Source: a virus
Taxonomy: Duplodnaviria > Caudoviricetes
Length of the DNA stretch: 35,345 bases
Virus record (IMG/VR): IMGVR_UViG_3300017716_001911
Coordinates: 1-35,345 of that record
Reading direction: 5' to 3' (one strand)
This document shows, piece by piece, positions 33,992 to 35,345 of this stretch; the first letter of the stretch is position 1; each line of letters begins with the position of its first letter. The position numbers and the translations under genes are program-made. The notes beneath the pieces are model-generated. The model was not told the DNA's origin, did no database searches, and worked only from the letters and a program-made list of their open reading frames with translations.

Positions 33992-35276
33992 TATACATAC
34001 GTTCGAATCGTTTTCGAAGTACCAACCTATAGATATAAAACCAGTTTTCGGACGAAATTGGGTTTTAAATGGTAAGAATAACGAGAATTTTAAAATTTAT
34101 CGTGACGCTTACGACGATAGCCCTACAAACGCATCAATAATTAACTCTTACGCCTCTTATATCTTTGGCGAGGGTATTGTCGGAATTGAAAAATATTTAT
34201 CTTTAGACGACCAAGAATTAGCCGTAAAGGATTTATATAAATATGGTGGTTGCGCCTTGCAGGTAATTTGGAATAAAGAAAACCAACCTTTGAAAATGGA
34301 GTATTTACCTATTTACAAACTTGCACCAAATTACGACCAAGAAACAATAAAAGTTGATGGGTATTGGTTTAGTTATGATTGGGAGAAACAATTCAAATAC
34401 AAACCAAAATTATATCCAATTTTTACGGGTAAATGGAACGAAAATCCTTTAGAAATTATCTACATTCGTAGACCTACAGAAGAACCATTTTTCCCAATAC
34501 CTGACTATTTAAGCGGGATTCCTTGGGCTCAAATTGAGGGCGAAATTGCAAATACTGGTATTAATAAGTATCGCAACGGAATGGAGGACATAACCATTAT
34601 TAACTCTAATAATGGTATGATTGCAGACCCTAACGAGGCGAAAAAAGATGCAGACGATTTACGTTCTAAAGTTGTAGGGAGTCAAAACGCTGGTAAGGTT
34701 GTAGTTTCTCAAAATGAATCAATGGAAAACGCTCTTACTGTTGATAGAGTTGCACCACCTGAATTTGCACAACACAACGTATTCTATAGTGAGGAAGCCG
34801 AACGTAAATTAATAGTTGCTCATTCCGCTCCGAAAGTAATATTTGCTGGTTCAAATACTGGTAACGGATTTTCGAGTAATGCCGATGAAAGAGAAGTGGC
34901 ACTTAAAGACCTTTACAGGATGAAAATAAATCCTTACAGAAGAACTTTTATAAGTGGAATTTTACCATTCTTTGAGGCGATTGGAATTGAGCAATTAGAA
35001 TTTAAAGATTTTGAAACTAACGAAGAAATCCAAAACAACGACACATCAATAGTAGCGTTAGACGAAAAGACATTAGACGCACAAGCGAACTTAAAAGGTA
35101 GCGTCGGAGGTGTTCAATCACTTTTAGAAATACAAGCGAGTTATGCGCAAGGTTTAACAACTTACGACTCAGCTATAAATATGTTAGACGTAATCTTTGG
35201 ATACAATAGAGAAACGGCAGTTAAATTATTAGGAAAACCTAAATTAGACCCAATTACAAATGAAACTACTTCTTAA
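33966..35276 (+). CDS. Portal protein
   Basis: 436 aa; YDDSPTNASII...IFGEG, DLYKYGGCALQV, FPIPDY, GSQNAGK, IVAH motifs seen in Bacteroidota phage portals. Confidence 0.82.
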   Translation: MSISNSKNNIHTFESFSKYQPIDIKPVFGRNWVLNGKNNENFKIYRDAYDDSPTNASIINSYASYIFGEGIVGIEKYLSLDDQELAVKDLYKYGGCALQVIWNKENQPLKMEYLPIYKLAPNYDQETIKVDGYWFSYDWEKQFKYKPKLYPIFTGKWNENPLEIIYIRRPTEEPFFPIPDYLSGIPWAQIEGEIANTGINKYRNGMEDITIINSNNGMIADPNEAKKDADDLRSKVVGSQNAGKVVVSQNESMENALTVDRVAPPEFAQHNVFYSEEAERKLIVAHSAPKVIFAGSNTGNGFSSNADEREVALKDLYRMKINPYRRTFISGILPFFEAIGIEQLEFKDFETNEEIQNNDTSIVALDEKTLDAQANLKGSVGGVQSLLEIQASYAQGLTTYDSAINMLDVIFGYNRETAVKLLGKPKLDPITNETTS

Positions 35277-35345
35277 ACCTAACGACATACCACGAATAAC
35301 TTCTTTATCGGGTAACATTGATATTGATAGTTTAAAACCACATAT
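35223..35345. repeat. Terminal direct repeat, copy 2
   Basis: Identical to 1-123. Confidence 0.97.

Overview
This window is an apparently complete, circularly permuted dsDNA tailed-phage genome. Its unit length is 35,222 bp, and 1-123 is repeated exactly at 35223-35345. It is AT-rich and every credible gene is on the + strand. A Bacteroidota (probably Flavobacterium-like) host is inferred from TAnnTTTG promoter boxes and A-rich starts lacking Shine-Dalgarno sites. Modules in order: adaptor and tail fibres, lysis (holin-like proteins, M15 endolysin, unimolecular-spanin-like lipoprotein), an early accessory region, recombination/replication (Sak-like annealase, SSB, initiator with iterons, RusA), terminase, tail, head, portal. 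I recognise no integrase, recombinase, RT or polymerase. The main discovery is two arrays (8980-10610 and 19057-21310) of eight integron-like gene cassettes. Each cassette has an attC-like hairpin (TAAC...GTTA, 72 or 125-130 bp) UPSTREAM of its cargo gene. The cargo is bracketed by a cassette-specific 13-16 bp inverted repeat with a positionally invariant G.T pair. Both arrays end in the same 33-bp attI-like site, so the polarity is the reverse of a classical integron and any recombinase would act in trans. Secondary discoveries: four leaders of unrelated sequence sharing a kissing-loop/terminator RNA architecture, a probable sRNA antisense to ATGAAAAAA starts, Fur-box-like palindromes, and a probable -1 frameshifted tail chaperone. 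All product calls come from motif recognition and synteny, not database searches.
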